32,000 bases of DNA, from assembly GCF_001457615.1 (NCBI RefSeq), contig NZ_LN831024.1, positions 2,250,001-2,282,000 on the forward strand. The letters run 5' to 3'. Under the pieces are notes generated by a model. The model was not told where the DNA came from. It saw only the letters and a list, made by a program, of their open reading frames with translations, and did not search any database. The position numbers and the translations under genes are program-made. This stretch comes from Pseudomonas aeruginosa. GTDB lineage: Bacteria; Pseudomonadota; Gammaproteobacteria; Pseudomonadales; Pseudomonadaceae. Shown piece by piece: positions 9,293 through 17,466 of the stretch; positions within the stretch are counted from its first letter, which is position 1; each line of letters begins with the position of its first letter.

Positions 9293-10594
9293 ATGTCTCC
9301 GAGCGCGTTGTCCCGTCTGTTGCGCCCGGTGGAACCCCTGACTCCGGCGATGAGCATCAGCGACGTCGCCGACCGCCTGCTGATGCCGGAGCACCGTGCC
9401 TTCCTCTCGCTGCCGGTGGTCGACGACGAGCGCCGGGTCCTCGGCCTGGTCAGCCGCTACACCCTCCAGGACATCTTCATGCAGCGTTTCGGCCGCGACC
9501 TCTGGGGCCGCCATCCGGTGCGCGACGTCATGAACCGGGCGCCCCTCAGCGTCTCCCTCGGCGCCAGCCTGGAAGAGGCGGCGCAGCAGGTCACCGGTCG
9601 CCTGCAGTATCCGATCACCGAGGACTTCGCCCTGGTCGACGAAGAGGGCCGCTACCGTGGCCTGGGCACCGTGCTCGACCTGCTGAAGGCCATGGAGGCG
9701 CGCATCGCCCAGCGCAACCGGGTGCTGCGCAAAGCGCTGGTGGACCTCAAGGAGTCCCAGGCGCAACTGGTGCAGTCGGAAAAGATGGCTTCGCTCGGGC
9801 AGATGGTGGCCGGGGTCGCACACGAGCTGAACACGCCGCTCGGCTACGTCGGCAACAACCTGGCGCTGCTGGAGGAGCTGAGCGATCCCTTGTTGCGCCT
9901 GGCCGATGCCCAGGCGGCGCTGGTCGACTGCCTGGGCGACCCGCAGTGCGACGAAGCGCGCCTGGCGCAGGCGCTGCAGGCGGCCGACGCGGTGCGCCGC
10001 GAAGCCGCCGTCGAACAGTTGCGCGAGGACCTGCGGCAATTGTTCGTCGATACCCGCTACGGCCTCGGCCAGATCGGCGAGCTGGTTTCCGGGCTCAAGG
10101 ACTTCGCCCGCCTGGACCGCGCCTTCAGCGAGGAGGTCGACCTCAACGACTGCGTGCGCAACGCCGTGCTGATCGCCCGCACCGCCACCAAGGACAAGGC
10201 CGAGATCAGCAGCCAGCTCGGCGAGCTGCCGCTTATCGCCTGCGCGCCGTCGCAGATCAACCAGGTGCTGCTGAACCTGCTGACCAACGCCGCGCAGGCC
10301 ATGGAGCGTTTCGGCCGCATCCTGCTGAAGAGCTGGGCCGACGAGCGCCAGGTGTTCCTCTCCGTGCAGGACAACGGCAAGGGCATGCCCGCCGAGGTCC
10401 TCGGCCGGATCTTCGACCCGTTCTTCACCACCAAGCCGGTGGGGCAGGGCACCGGGCTCGGCCTGTCGATCAGCTACAAGATCATCCAGCAACATGGCGG
10501 GACCATCCGCGTGGCCTCCGAACCGGGCCGCGGAACCCGCTTCCTCATCAGCCTGCCGCGAGAGCAGGCCCGCGAACTGAAACGGAGCGCCTGA
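9293..10594 (+). CDS. Soluble sensor histidine kinase with an N-terminal CBS pair, then HisKA and HATPase_c domains
   Basis: ATG 9293 follows GAGAGG. The N-terminal ~140 aa are CBS-like (…[25 protein letters not shown]…, …[25 protein letters not shown]…). H-box [23 protein letters not shown] box [12 protein letters not shown] boxes DNGKGM and GTGLGLS. No hydrophobic TM segment is visible. Confidence 0.85.
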   Translation: MSPSALSRLLRPVEPLTPAMSISDVADRLLMPEHRAFLSLPVVDDERRVLGLVSRYTLQDIFMQRFGRDLWGRHPVRDVMNRAPLSVSLGASLEEAAQQVTGRLQYPITEDFALVDEEGRYRGLGTVLDLLKAMEARIAQRNRVLRKALVDLKESQAQLVQSEKMASLGQMVAGVAHELNTPLGYVGNNLALLEELSDPLLRLADAQAALVDCLGDPQCDEARLAQALQAADAVRREAAVEQLREDLRQLFVDTRYGLGQIGELVSGLKDFARLDRAFSEEVDLNDCVRNAVLIARTATKDKAEISSQLGELPLIACAPSQINQVLLNLLTNAAQAMERFGRILLKSWADERQVFLSVQDNGKGMPAEVLGRIFDPFFTTKPVGQGTGLGLSISYKIIQQHGGTIRVASEPGRGTRFLISLPREQARELKRSA

Positions 10595-10595
10595 C

Positions 10596-11507
10596 ATGAG
10601 CCCATCTCCCGTCCGCATTCTCTTCGTCGATGACGAGGAGCGCATCCTGCGCAGCCTGGCCATGCAGTTCCGCCGCCATTACGAGGTGCTCACCGAGAGC
10701 GACCCGCGGCGCGCCCTGGAGCGCCTGAAGACGGAACGGATACAGGTGCTGGTCAGCGACCAGCGCATGCCGCAGATGAGCGGCGCCGAACTGCTGGCGC
10801 AGGCTCGCGAGCGCTATCCGGAGACCCTGCGGATTCTCCTCACCGGCTATTCCGACCTCGATGCCGCCGTCGACGCGCTCAACGACGGTGGCATCTTCCG
10901 CTACCTGACCAAGCCCTGGAATCCCCAGGAAATGGCCTTCACCCTGCGCCAGGCGGCGGAGATCGCCAGCCGCCAGGGCCTGCCGGCGCCGCCCGCGGCC
11001 ACGCTGGCGGCGCCGCTGAGCGTGCTGCTGCTCGACGACGACCCGGAAACCCTGGACTGCGTCGGGGCCTTCTGCCATGCCGGCGGGCATCGCCTGCTGC
11101 GTGCGCGCAACCTGGCCGAGGCGCTGGTGTGGCTGAACACCGAACCGGTGGAGGTGCTGGTCAGCGACCTGAAGCTGGCCGGGGAGCATACCGCGCCGCT
11201 GCTGAAATCCCTGGCCCAGGCCCATCCGCGCCTGCTCAGCCTGGTGGTCACGCCGTTCCGCGACACCCAGGCCCTGCTCGAACTGATCAACCAGGCGCAG
11301 ATATTCCGCTACCTGCCCAAGCCGATCCGCAGGGGATTGTTCGAGAAAGGCCTGAAGGCGGCCGCCGAGCAGGCCTTGCTGTGGCGCGGGCGAAGCCTGC
11401 CGGAGGTCGACCGGCTGGCCGAGGTGCCGCGCGACGAGCGCGAGAAGGAACGGGTCGGCAGCCTGCTCGGCATGCTCGGCCGCCTGCGCGAGCGGCTGAC
11501 GGCCTGA
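10596..11507 (+). CDS. Response regulator with two tandem receiver (REC) domains and no recognisable output domain
   Basis: ATG lies 1 nt after the kinase stop (TGAcATG). REC1 reads VRILFVDDEERIL…VLVSDQRMPQMSG…FRYLTKPW. REC2 reads LSVLLLDDDPETL…VLVSDLKLAGEH…FRYLPKPI. A roughly 50-aa tail has no obvious DNA-binding or enzymatic motif. Confidence 0.8.
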   Translation: MSPSPVRILFVDDEERILRSLAMQFRRHYEVLTESDPRRALERLKTERIQVLVSDQRMPQMSGAELLAQARERYPETLRILLTGYSDLDAAVDALNDGGIFRYLTKPWNPQEMAFTLRQAAEIASRQGLPAPPAATLAAPLSVLLLDDDPETLDCVGAFCHAGGHRLLRARNLAEALVWLNTEPVEVLVSDLKLAGEHTAPLLKSLAQAHPRLLSLVVTPFRDTQALLELINQAQIFRYLPKPIRRGLFEKGLKAAAEQALLWRGRSLPEVDRLAEVPRDEREKERVGSLLGMLGRLRERLTA

Positions 11508-11515
11508 ACGCCGGC

Positions 11516-11986
11516 CTAGCCGGCGTCGCAACCGGCGGCCTTGGCCTGGCGGCTTTCCACCAGGCGTGCGCGGAGGACGTCGTAGCTCCAGTTGAAGGCC
11601 ATGGTGTAGGGCAGGAAGAACAGGATCAGGCCCATGTCGAGGAGGAACGCCTCGACCAGTCCGATCGACAGCCACCAGGCGGCCAGCGGTACCAGCACCA
11701 CGATCAGGCCCAGCTCGAAGAGCATCGCATGCAGCACCCGGACCTGCAGGGTGCGCTGGAAGCCCATGCGCCGCTGGGCGCGGTCGAAGAGGCTGTTGAA
11801 GAGCATGTTCCAGAGCATCGCCACGGTGGAGAACATCAGCGTCAGCGCACCCATGTGCGCCAGGGGCTTGTTCATCACCAGCGACAGCACCGGCGCGGTG
11901 AGGAGGACGGCCAGGCCCTCGAAGGCCAGGGCGTGGAAGATCCGCTCCTTGAGAGTCTTGTCGAGGGCGGTGTGGGTGTGGGTCAT
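11516..11986 (-). CDS. PACE-family (AceI-like, bacterial transmembrane pair) efflux protein
   Basis: ATG 11986 with GGGAG eight nt upstream; 156 aa. Two similar halves each begin with an …RIFHALAFEG… / …RVLHAMLFELG… type motif and contain two TM helices, as in AceI/PACE proteins. A LysR gene diverges from it, as with aceR-aceI. Confidence 0.7.
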   Translation of the reverse strand: MTHTHTALDKTLKERIFHALAFEGLAVLLTAPVLSLVMNKPLAHMGALTLMFSTVAMLWNMLFNSLFDRAQRRMGFQRTLQVRVLHAMLFELGLIVVLVPLAAWWLSIGLVEAFLLDMGLILFFLPYTMAFNWSYDVLRARLVESRQAKAAGCDAG

Positions 11987-12077
11987 GGCGAACGCTCCCG
12001 GTTCGTCGTTGAAGTCGGGCTGTATTGTCATCGGTCTTTGGGATAGGGTTAAGTTGGATACCATCGGAAAAACCGAT

Positions 12078-12968
12078 ATGCATTTGTCGCCCGAATCCCT
12101 CGAGGCCTTCGTCCAGGCCGTTTCCCTCGGCTCCTTCAGCGCCGCCGCGCGCAAGCTGGGCAAGAGCCAGTCGACCGTCAGCGAGGCCATTGCCCGGCTG
12201 GAGATCGACCTCGGCCTGGAACTCTTCGATCGCAGTGGCCGCCAGCCGCAACTGACCGAGGCCGGACGCACCCTGCTGGGACGGGTCGAGGAGGTCCTCG
12301 GCGCATCCGACCGCCTGCGCCGGGTCGCCGCGCTGCTCGCCGGCGGCTCGGAACCACGGGTGACCCTGGCGCTATCCGACACCTACCATTCGGCGCGCTA
12401 CGAGGCGCGCCTGGCCGAACTGGACGAGCGTTACCCTGAGCTGGAGTTCGAATGCCTGATCGCCGAGGACCAGGACGTGATCGCCCAGGTCAGCCGCGGC
12501 CGCGCCACCCTCGGCCTGCTCGCCGCGCAGCCGCACTACCCGCCGGAGCTGGGCGTGGCGGCGGTCGCCGAGCGTGCCGAGTTCGGCCTGTTCGCCGCCG
12601 TCGACCATCCGCTGGCGGGCCTGGAGCGGGTCAGCGAGCGTGACCTTTCCGAATGGCGTCTGCTGCGCCTGAACACCTATAGCGAGACCGGCGCGGCGAT
12701 CAACGACGGCCTGCCGTCCAGCGGCGGGCGCTGCTGGTCGGCGCCCAACTACCTGTTGCTGCTGGAAATGGCCACCCACGGCTTCGGTTGGGCCGAGCTG
12801 CCGCGCTGGCTGGTCAGCGGCTACGCCAACGGACGGCTGAAGGAGTTGCCGGTGTCCGGCTGGCCGCGCAGCCAGGCGGTGGACGTGGTCTGGTCGCGGC
12901 AGCGGCCGTTGGGACCGGCGGCCAACTGGTTGCTGGACCGCTTGCTGGATCGCGACCTGCCTATCTAG
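12078..12968 (+). CDS. LysR-family transcriptional regulator, divergent from the PACE gene
   Basis: Product MHLSPESLEAFVQAVSLGSFSAAARKLGKSQSTVSEAIARLEIDLGLELFDRSGRQPQLTEAG carries a LysR wHTH, followed by a LysR substrate-binding region. The real start is ATG 12078, inside ORF 11634..12968. Confidence 0.85.
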   Translation: MHLSPESLEAFVQAVSLGSFSAAARKLGKSQSTVSEAIARLEIDLGLELFDRSGRQPQLTEAGRTLLGRVEEVLGASDRLRRVAALLAGGSEPRVTLALSDTYHSARYEARLAELDERYPELEFECLIAEDQDVIAQVSRGRATLGLLAAQPHYPPELGVAAVAERAEFGLFAAVDHPLAGLERVSERDLSEWRLLRLNTYSETGAAINDGLPSSGGRCWSAPNYLLLLEMATHGFGWAELPRWLVSGYANGRLKELPVSGWPRSQAVDVVWSRQRPLGPAANWLLDRLLDRDLPI

Positions 12969-12973
12969 GGAGG

Positions 12974-12999
12974 GCCGGCTGAGCCCCGGTTCAGCCGGC
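12974..12999. terminator. Hairpin between convergent genes (possible bidirectional terminator; no U-tract)
   Basis: Perfect 9-bp inverted repeat GCCGGCTGA (12974-12982) / TCAGCCGGC (12991-12999) with an 8-nt loop. The right arm contains the stop codon of the DUF924 gene. Confidence 0.4.
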
Positions 13000-13560
13000 G
13001 AAGCCGCCGGCGGCGAGGAAGGCGAGTTCCTCGGCGCTGGACGGGCGACCGAGGATCGGATTGCGATGGGGAAAGCGCCCGAAGCGGCGGATGATCTCTC
13101 GATGCTCACGAGCGTGGGCGAGGAAGGGCTGGCCGAGTCCGTGGTTCAGCGCTACCGAGCGATCCTGGTCGGCAAGGTTCTCGGCATGGGCGAACGGCAG
13201 GTAGAAGAACAGCCGCAGCGCGTCCCCGACCTGGCGGTCGAGGCCTTGTCCCAGAGCCCGCTCCGCCCAGCGCCGCGCTTGGGCGTCGCTGGCGTACATG
13301 CGCGGGGTTCCACGGAAGGCGTTGCGCGGGTACTGGTCGAGCAGCAACAGCAGGCCGAGATGGTCCTCGGCTTCATCGGCAGCCGGGCGCAGCGCGTCGG
13401 CGCAGGCAAGCTCGTAGAGGTGGGCGAAGCGCTCGCGGAAGCGCCGGTCGAAATCGGCGTTCCTGGCGAACCAGAGGGTAGGGCCGGCATCGCGCCAGAA
13501 ACCGACCACTTCCGGCAGCGGGGACGCGCTGGGAGGAAGCAAAAGCGCTGCATGGGGCAT
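12991..13560 (-). CDS. DUF924-family protein
   Basis: ATG 13560 (MPHAALLLPPSASPLPEVVGFWRDAGPTLWFARNADFDRRFRERF…LLLLDQYPRNAFRGTPRMYASD…FGRFPHRNPILGR), 189 aa. Characteristic DUF924 motifs are present. It lies inside the run-through ORF 12991..14550. Confidence 0.7.
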   Translation of the reverse strand: MPHAALLLPPSASPLPEVVGFWRDAGPTLWFARNADFDRRFRERFAHLYELACADALRPAADEAEDHLGLLLLLDQYPRNAFRGTPRMYASDAQARRWAERALGQGLDRQVGDALRLFFYLPFAHAENLADQDRSVALNHGLGQPFLAHAREHREIIRRFGRFPHRNPILGRPSSAEELAFLAAGGFAG

Positions 13561-13677
13561 CTGCGGATCCAGGAAGTAGAGTAGGGACTCCAGGCTATTG
13601 GTCCGGGTTCTTTGGATAAACGTAGGTGGCATGGATAGACTGTCCAGCCATCCCGAATAGAGAGAAGGGGCCTGCCC

Positions 13678-14571
13678 ATGGATCGTCTGGACAGCATGCG
13701 CGTGTTCCTGCGCGTTGCCGAAACCGGCAGCTTCACCAAGGCCGCGGACCTGCTGGACATGCCGCGGGCGACGGTCTCGGCGGCGGTCCAGCAGCTCGAA
13801 GCGCAACTCGGCAGCCGGCTGCTGCATCGCACCACCCGGCAGGTCCAGCTGACCCACGACGGCAGCGTGGTGCTGGAGCGTTGCCGCCACCTGCTGGAAG
13901 ACATGGAGGAGCTGGAGAGCCTGTTCCACGACGGCAGCCGCGCCAGCGGCCGGCTCAAGGTCGACGTGCCGAGCCGGGTGGCGCGACTGCTGATCGCCCC
14001 GGCGCTGCCGGAATTCTTCCGCCAGCATCCGGACATCGAACTGGAACTGGGTTCCAGCGACCGTTCGGTGGACCTGGTGCAGGAGGGCGTCGACTGCGTC
14101 CTGCGGGTCGGCCAGTTGGGCAACAGCAGCCTGGTGGCGCGACGCCTCGGCGAGATGCAACTGATCAATTGCGCCAGTCCCGCCTACCTGGAAGAGCATG
14201 GCGAGCCACGGACGCCAGCCGACCTCGACCGGCACTGGGCGGTCAACTATGCCTCGCCCAGCAGCGGCCGGGTGTTGCCCTGGGAGTATCGCGAGGATGG
14301 GCGCACCCTGACCCGCGCGTTGCGCAGCCGGGTCACGGTGAACAACGCGGAAAGCTACATCGCCTGCTGCCTGTCCGGACTGGGCCTGATCCAGATCCCT
14401 GCCTACGACGTGCGCGAGCACCTCCAACGCGGCGAGCTGCGCGAGGTGCTGCCGCAGTGGCGGGCCGAAGCGATGCCGGCGTACGCCCTGTATCCGCACC
14501 GGCGGCATCTGTCGCGGCGGGTCAGGGCATTCGTCGACTGGCTGGAGCAACTGCTCCGCGCCCGCCTCTAG
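13678..14571 (+). CDS. LysR-family transcriptional regulator
   Basis: Product MDRLDSMRVFLRVAETGSFTKAADLLDMPRATVSAAVQQLEAQLGSRLLHRTTRQVQLTHDG carries a LysR wHTH; 297 aa. The gene diverges from the DUF924 gene. Confidence 0.88.
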   Translation: MDRLDSMRVFLRVAETGSFTKAADLLDMPRATVSAAVQQLEAQLGSRLLHRTTRQVQLTHDGSVVLERCRHLLEDMEELESLFHDGSRASGRLKVDVPSRVARLLIAPALPEFFRQHPDIELELGSSDRSVDLVQEGVDCVLRVGQLGNSSLVARRLGEMQLINCASPAYLEEHGEPRTPADLDRHWAVNYASPSSGRVLPWEYREDGRTLTRALRSRVTVNNAESYIACCLSGLGLIQIPAYDVREHLQRGELREVLPQWRAEAMPAYALYPHRRHLSRRVRAFVDWLEQLLRARL

Positions 14572-14667
14572 TCCACGACGTTCATCTCCCCGGCGCGTTC
14601 CGGGCTACGGCAAACGGCCGGATTCTGCGACAATGCGCGCCGTTTTCGATTCGCCGCGAGAGAGCCC

Positions 14668-15366
14668 ATGTCCGCCTGCCAGTCCCCCATCATCGTCGCC
14701 CTGGATTTCCCCACCCGTGAGGCCGCCCTGGCGCTGGCCGATCAGCTGGACCCGAAACTGTGCCGGGTGAAGGTCGGCAAGGAACTCTTCACCAGTTGTG
14801 CCGCGGGTATAGTCGAGACCTTGCGTGGCAAGGGCTTCGAGGTGTTCCTCGACCTGAAATTCCACGACATCCCGAACACCACGGCGATGGCGGTGAAGGC
14901 CGCCGCCGAGATGGGCGTGTGGATGGTCAACGTGCACTGCTCCGGCGGCCTGCGCATGATGGCCGCCTGCCGCGAGACGCTGGAGGCCTTCAGCGGGCCC
15001 AGGCCGTTGCTCATCGGCGTGACCGTGCTGACCAGCATGGAGCGCGAGGACCTGGCGGGCATCGGCCTCGACATCGAGCCCCAGGAGCAGGTGTTGCGCC
15101 TCGCCGCCCTGGCGCAGAAGGCCGGCATGGACGGCCTGGTCTGCTCGGCCCAGGAAGCGCCGGCGCTGAAGGCCGCCCATCCGGGCCTGCAACTGGTCAC
15201 GCCGGGCATCCGCCCGGCCGGCAGCGCCCAGGACGACCAGCGGCGCATCCTCACCCCGCGCCAGGCCCTGGACGCCGGCTCCGATTACCTGGTGATCGGC
15301 CGGCCGATCAGCCAGGCCGCCGACCCGGCCAAGGCGCTGGCGGCGATCGTCGCCGAACTGGGCTGA
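14668..15366 (+). CDS. pyrF: Orotidine 5'-phosphate decarboxylase
   Basis: 232 aa with PIIVALDF…KVGKELF…[12 protein letters not shown]…LTPGIR…DYLVIGRPI, the canonical PyrF active-site motifs. Confidence 0.95.
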   Translation: MSACQSPIIVALDFPTREAALALADQLDPKLCRVKVGKELFTSCAAGIVETLRGKGFEVFLDLKFHDIPNTTAMAVKAAAEMGVWMVNVHCSGGLRMMAACRETLEAFSGPRPLLIGVTVLTSMEREDLAGIGLDIEPQEQVLRLAALAQKAGMDGLVCSAQEAPALKAAHPGLQLVTPGIRPAGSAQDDQRRILTPRQALDAGSDYLVIGRPISQAADPAKALAAIVAELG

Positions 15367-15595
15367 GGCGGCTTCCCCCACGCCTGCCGTCGGCGACCGT
15401 CGCGCGCCGTGTCGAGCCGGACTGGCGCAGGCATCATCCGCGCCTGTCCCTCCCCAGCGTCTAGGCTTGTAGCGGGCACTCCGGCAAGTACCGGTGGCAA
15501 CGGTTTCACAGTTTCGTGAGGAAAAATTGCAAGTGCCTTGCCGGCTGGCCCCAGGCCAGTAGGATCGCTGTTTTCCCCGGAAACGCGAGGTCGGG

Positions 15596-16513
15596 ATGCT
15601 GAACACCCTGGAAGCCTGCCTGAAGGCGGTCGATGAGATTCTCCTGGGCAAGGACCGCCAGGTGCGCCTGGCCCTGGCCTGCCTGCTGGCCCGTGGGCAC
15701 CTGTTGATCGAAGACCTGCCGGGGATGGGCAAGACTACCCTCAGCCATGCCCTGGCGCGGGTGCTCGGGCTCAGTTTCCAGCGCATCCAGTTCACCTCGG
15801 ACCTGCTGCCGGGCGATATCCTCGGTACCTCGGTGTTCGACAAGGACAGCGGGCAATTCGTCTTCCATCCCGGGCCGATCTTCGCCGAACTGGTGCTTGC
15901 CGACGAGATCAACCGCGCCACGCCGAAAAGCCAGAGCGCCTTGCTCGAGGCGATGGAAGAAGGCCAGGTGACCATCGAGGGCGCCACCCGGCCCTTGCCG
16001 GAACCGTTCTTCGTCATCGCCACGCAGAACCCGGCCAGCCAGGGCGGCACCTTCTCCCTGCCGGAATCGCAGCTGGATCGCTTCCTGATGCGCCTGTCGC
16101 TGGGTTACCCCGGGCGCGCGGCGGAACGCTCGCTGTTGCTCGGCGAAGCCCGGCGCGATCTGCTGCCGCGCCTGGAACCCTTGCTCGACCATGCGGCGCT
16201 GGCCGCTTTCCAGGCCGAAGTGCCGAAGATCCGCGCCAGCGACGCGCTGGTGGACTACGTGCTGCGCCTGGTCGAAGCGACCCGCACGCAGCCGGCCTTC
16301 GCCCTCGGCCTGTCGCCGCGCGGTAGCCTGGCGTTGCTCGCCGCGGCGCGTGCCTGGGCGCTGCTGGCGGGACGCGACTATGTGATTCCGGAAGACGTCC
16401 AGGCGGTGTTGCCGGCGGTCGCCGGGCATCGCCTGCGCGACCAGGCGGACCCCACCGGGCACGGTGGCGGCGCGCTGGTGCAATGGCTGTTGCGCGAAGT
16501 CCCGGCGCTCTGA
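15596..16513 (+). CDS. MoxR-family AAA+ ATPase
   Basis: 305 aa with Walker A GMGKTT, Walker B LADEINRA, and FFVIATQNP…LPESQLDRF typical of MoxR/RavA-like ATPases. Confidence 0.88.
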   Translation: MLNTLEACLKAVDEILLGKDRQVRLALACLLARGHLLIEDLPGMGKTTLSHALARVLGLSFQRIQFTSDLLPGDILGTSVFDKDSGQFVFHPGPIFAELVLADEINRATPKSQSALLEAMEEGQVTIEGATRPLPEPFFVIATQNPASQGGTFSLPESQLDRFLMRLSLGYPGRAAERSLLLGEARRDLLPRLEPLLDHAALAAFQAEVPKIRASDALVDYVLRLVEATRTQPAFALGLSPRGSLALLAAARAWALLAGRDYVIPEDVQAVLPAVAGHRLRDQADPTGHGGGALVQWLLREVPAL

Positions 16514-17466
16514 TGCGCCTGCGCAACTGGCCGCGCTGGCAGCGCTGGCTGAACCGACGGATACCGCCGGCGAGCAGCGTCGAGCTGAACCAGCGCCGCG
16601 TATTCATCCTGCCGACCCGCCAGGGCGGCGCTTTCGGCCTGGCGCTGCTGGTGATGCTGCTGGCGGCGATCAACTACCAGAACAGCCTGGCCTACGGGTT
16701 GACCTTCCTGCTGCTGTCCCTGGGCGTGGTGACCATCCTCCATACCTATCGCAACCTTGCCGGCCTGCGCCTCACCGCGTTGGGAGCGGACCCGGTGTTC
16801 GCCGGCGAGCGCGCCGGTTTCCGGGTGCGCCTGGAAAGCCCGCGGCGGGCGCGCCAGGCTATCGCCGTCGGCTGGCCGGAGCGGCCGCTGGAATACGCCG
16901 ACCTGGCAGGCGACGCGGCTGCCGAGGTGCTGCTGTTCCACCCGACCGAGCGACGCGGCTGGCTGCGGCCGGGGCGCCTGCGGGTGGAGAGTCGCTTTCC
17001 CCTCGGCCTGCTGGTGGCCTGGAGCTGGGTCGACCTGCGCCAGCAGGCGCTGGTCTACCCTCGGCCGCAGGCCGGCGAGCCGTTCCTCGCGCCGGGCGCG
17101 GAGGATGCCGAGGACCAGGGGCGCGCGCTGGCGAGCGCGGGCGTCGACGACTACCAGGGACTGCGCGCCTACCAGCCGGGCGACTCGCGGCGGCGCCTGC
17201 ACTGGAAGGCGTTTTCCCGTGGCCAGGGGCTGCTGGTGAAGGACTTCGCCGCGCTCGGTGGGGAAGACTTGTGGCTGGAATTCGAGCGCCTCGGCGGGGA
17301 TCTCGAAAGTCGCCTGGGCCGCTTGTGCCATGCAGTCCTGGAACTCTCCGCGCGGCAGCAGCCCTATGGCCTGGCGCTGCCCGGCACACGCCTGCAACCG
17401 GCCAGCGGCGAGGCCCAGCGCGAGGCCTGCCTGCGTGCGCTAGCGTTGTTCGGAGCGGCGCGATGA
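16513..17466 (+). CDS. DUF58-family protein (usual MoxR partner) with an N-terminal membrane region
   Basis: ATG 16513 overlaps the MoxR stop (cTGATG). The product starts MRLRNWPRWQRWLNRRI… and has two hydrophobic segments (GGAFGLALLVMLLAAINYQNSLAYGLTFLLLSLGVVTIL). DYQGLRAYQPGDSRRRLHWKA is the DUF58 core motif. Confidence 0.8.
   Translation: MRLRNWPRWQRWLNRRIPPASSVELNQRRVFILPTRQGGAFGLALLVMLLAAINYQNSLAYGLTFLLLSLGVVTILHTYRNLAGLRLTALGADPVFAGERAGFRVRLESPRRARQAIAVGWPERPLEYADLAGDAAAEVLLFHPTERRGWLRPGRLRVESRFPLGLLVAWSWVDLRQQALVYPRPQAGEPFLAPGAEDAEDQGRALASAGVDDYQGLRAYQPGDSRRRLHWKAFSRGQGLLVKDFAALGGEDLWLEFERLGGDLESRLGRLCHAVLELSARQQPYGLALPGTRLQPASGEAQREACLRALALFGAAR

Noticed and set aside
10548-12251. 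A 567-aa minus-strand ORF overlapping the response regulator and PACE genes. A 483-aa minus-strand ORF (9212-10663) lies opposite the kinase.
   Set aside because: These are antisense shadow ORFs of convincingly motif-bearing genes (REC domains; HisKA/HATPase). They have no SD, no domain signatures and an Arg/Gly/Ala-rich composition.
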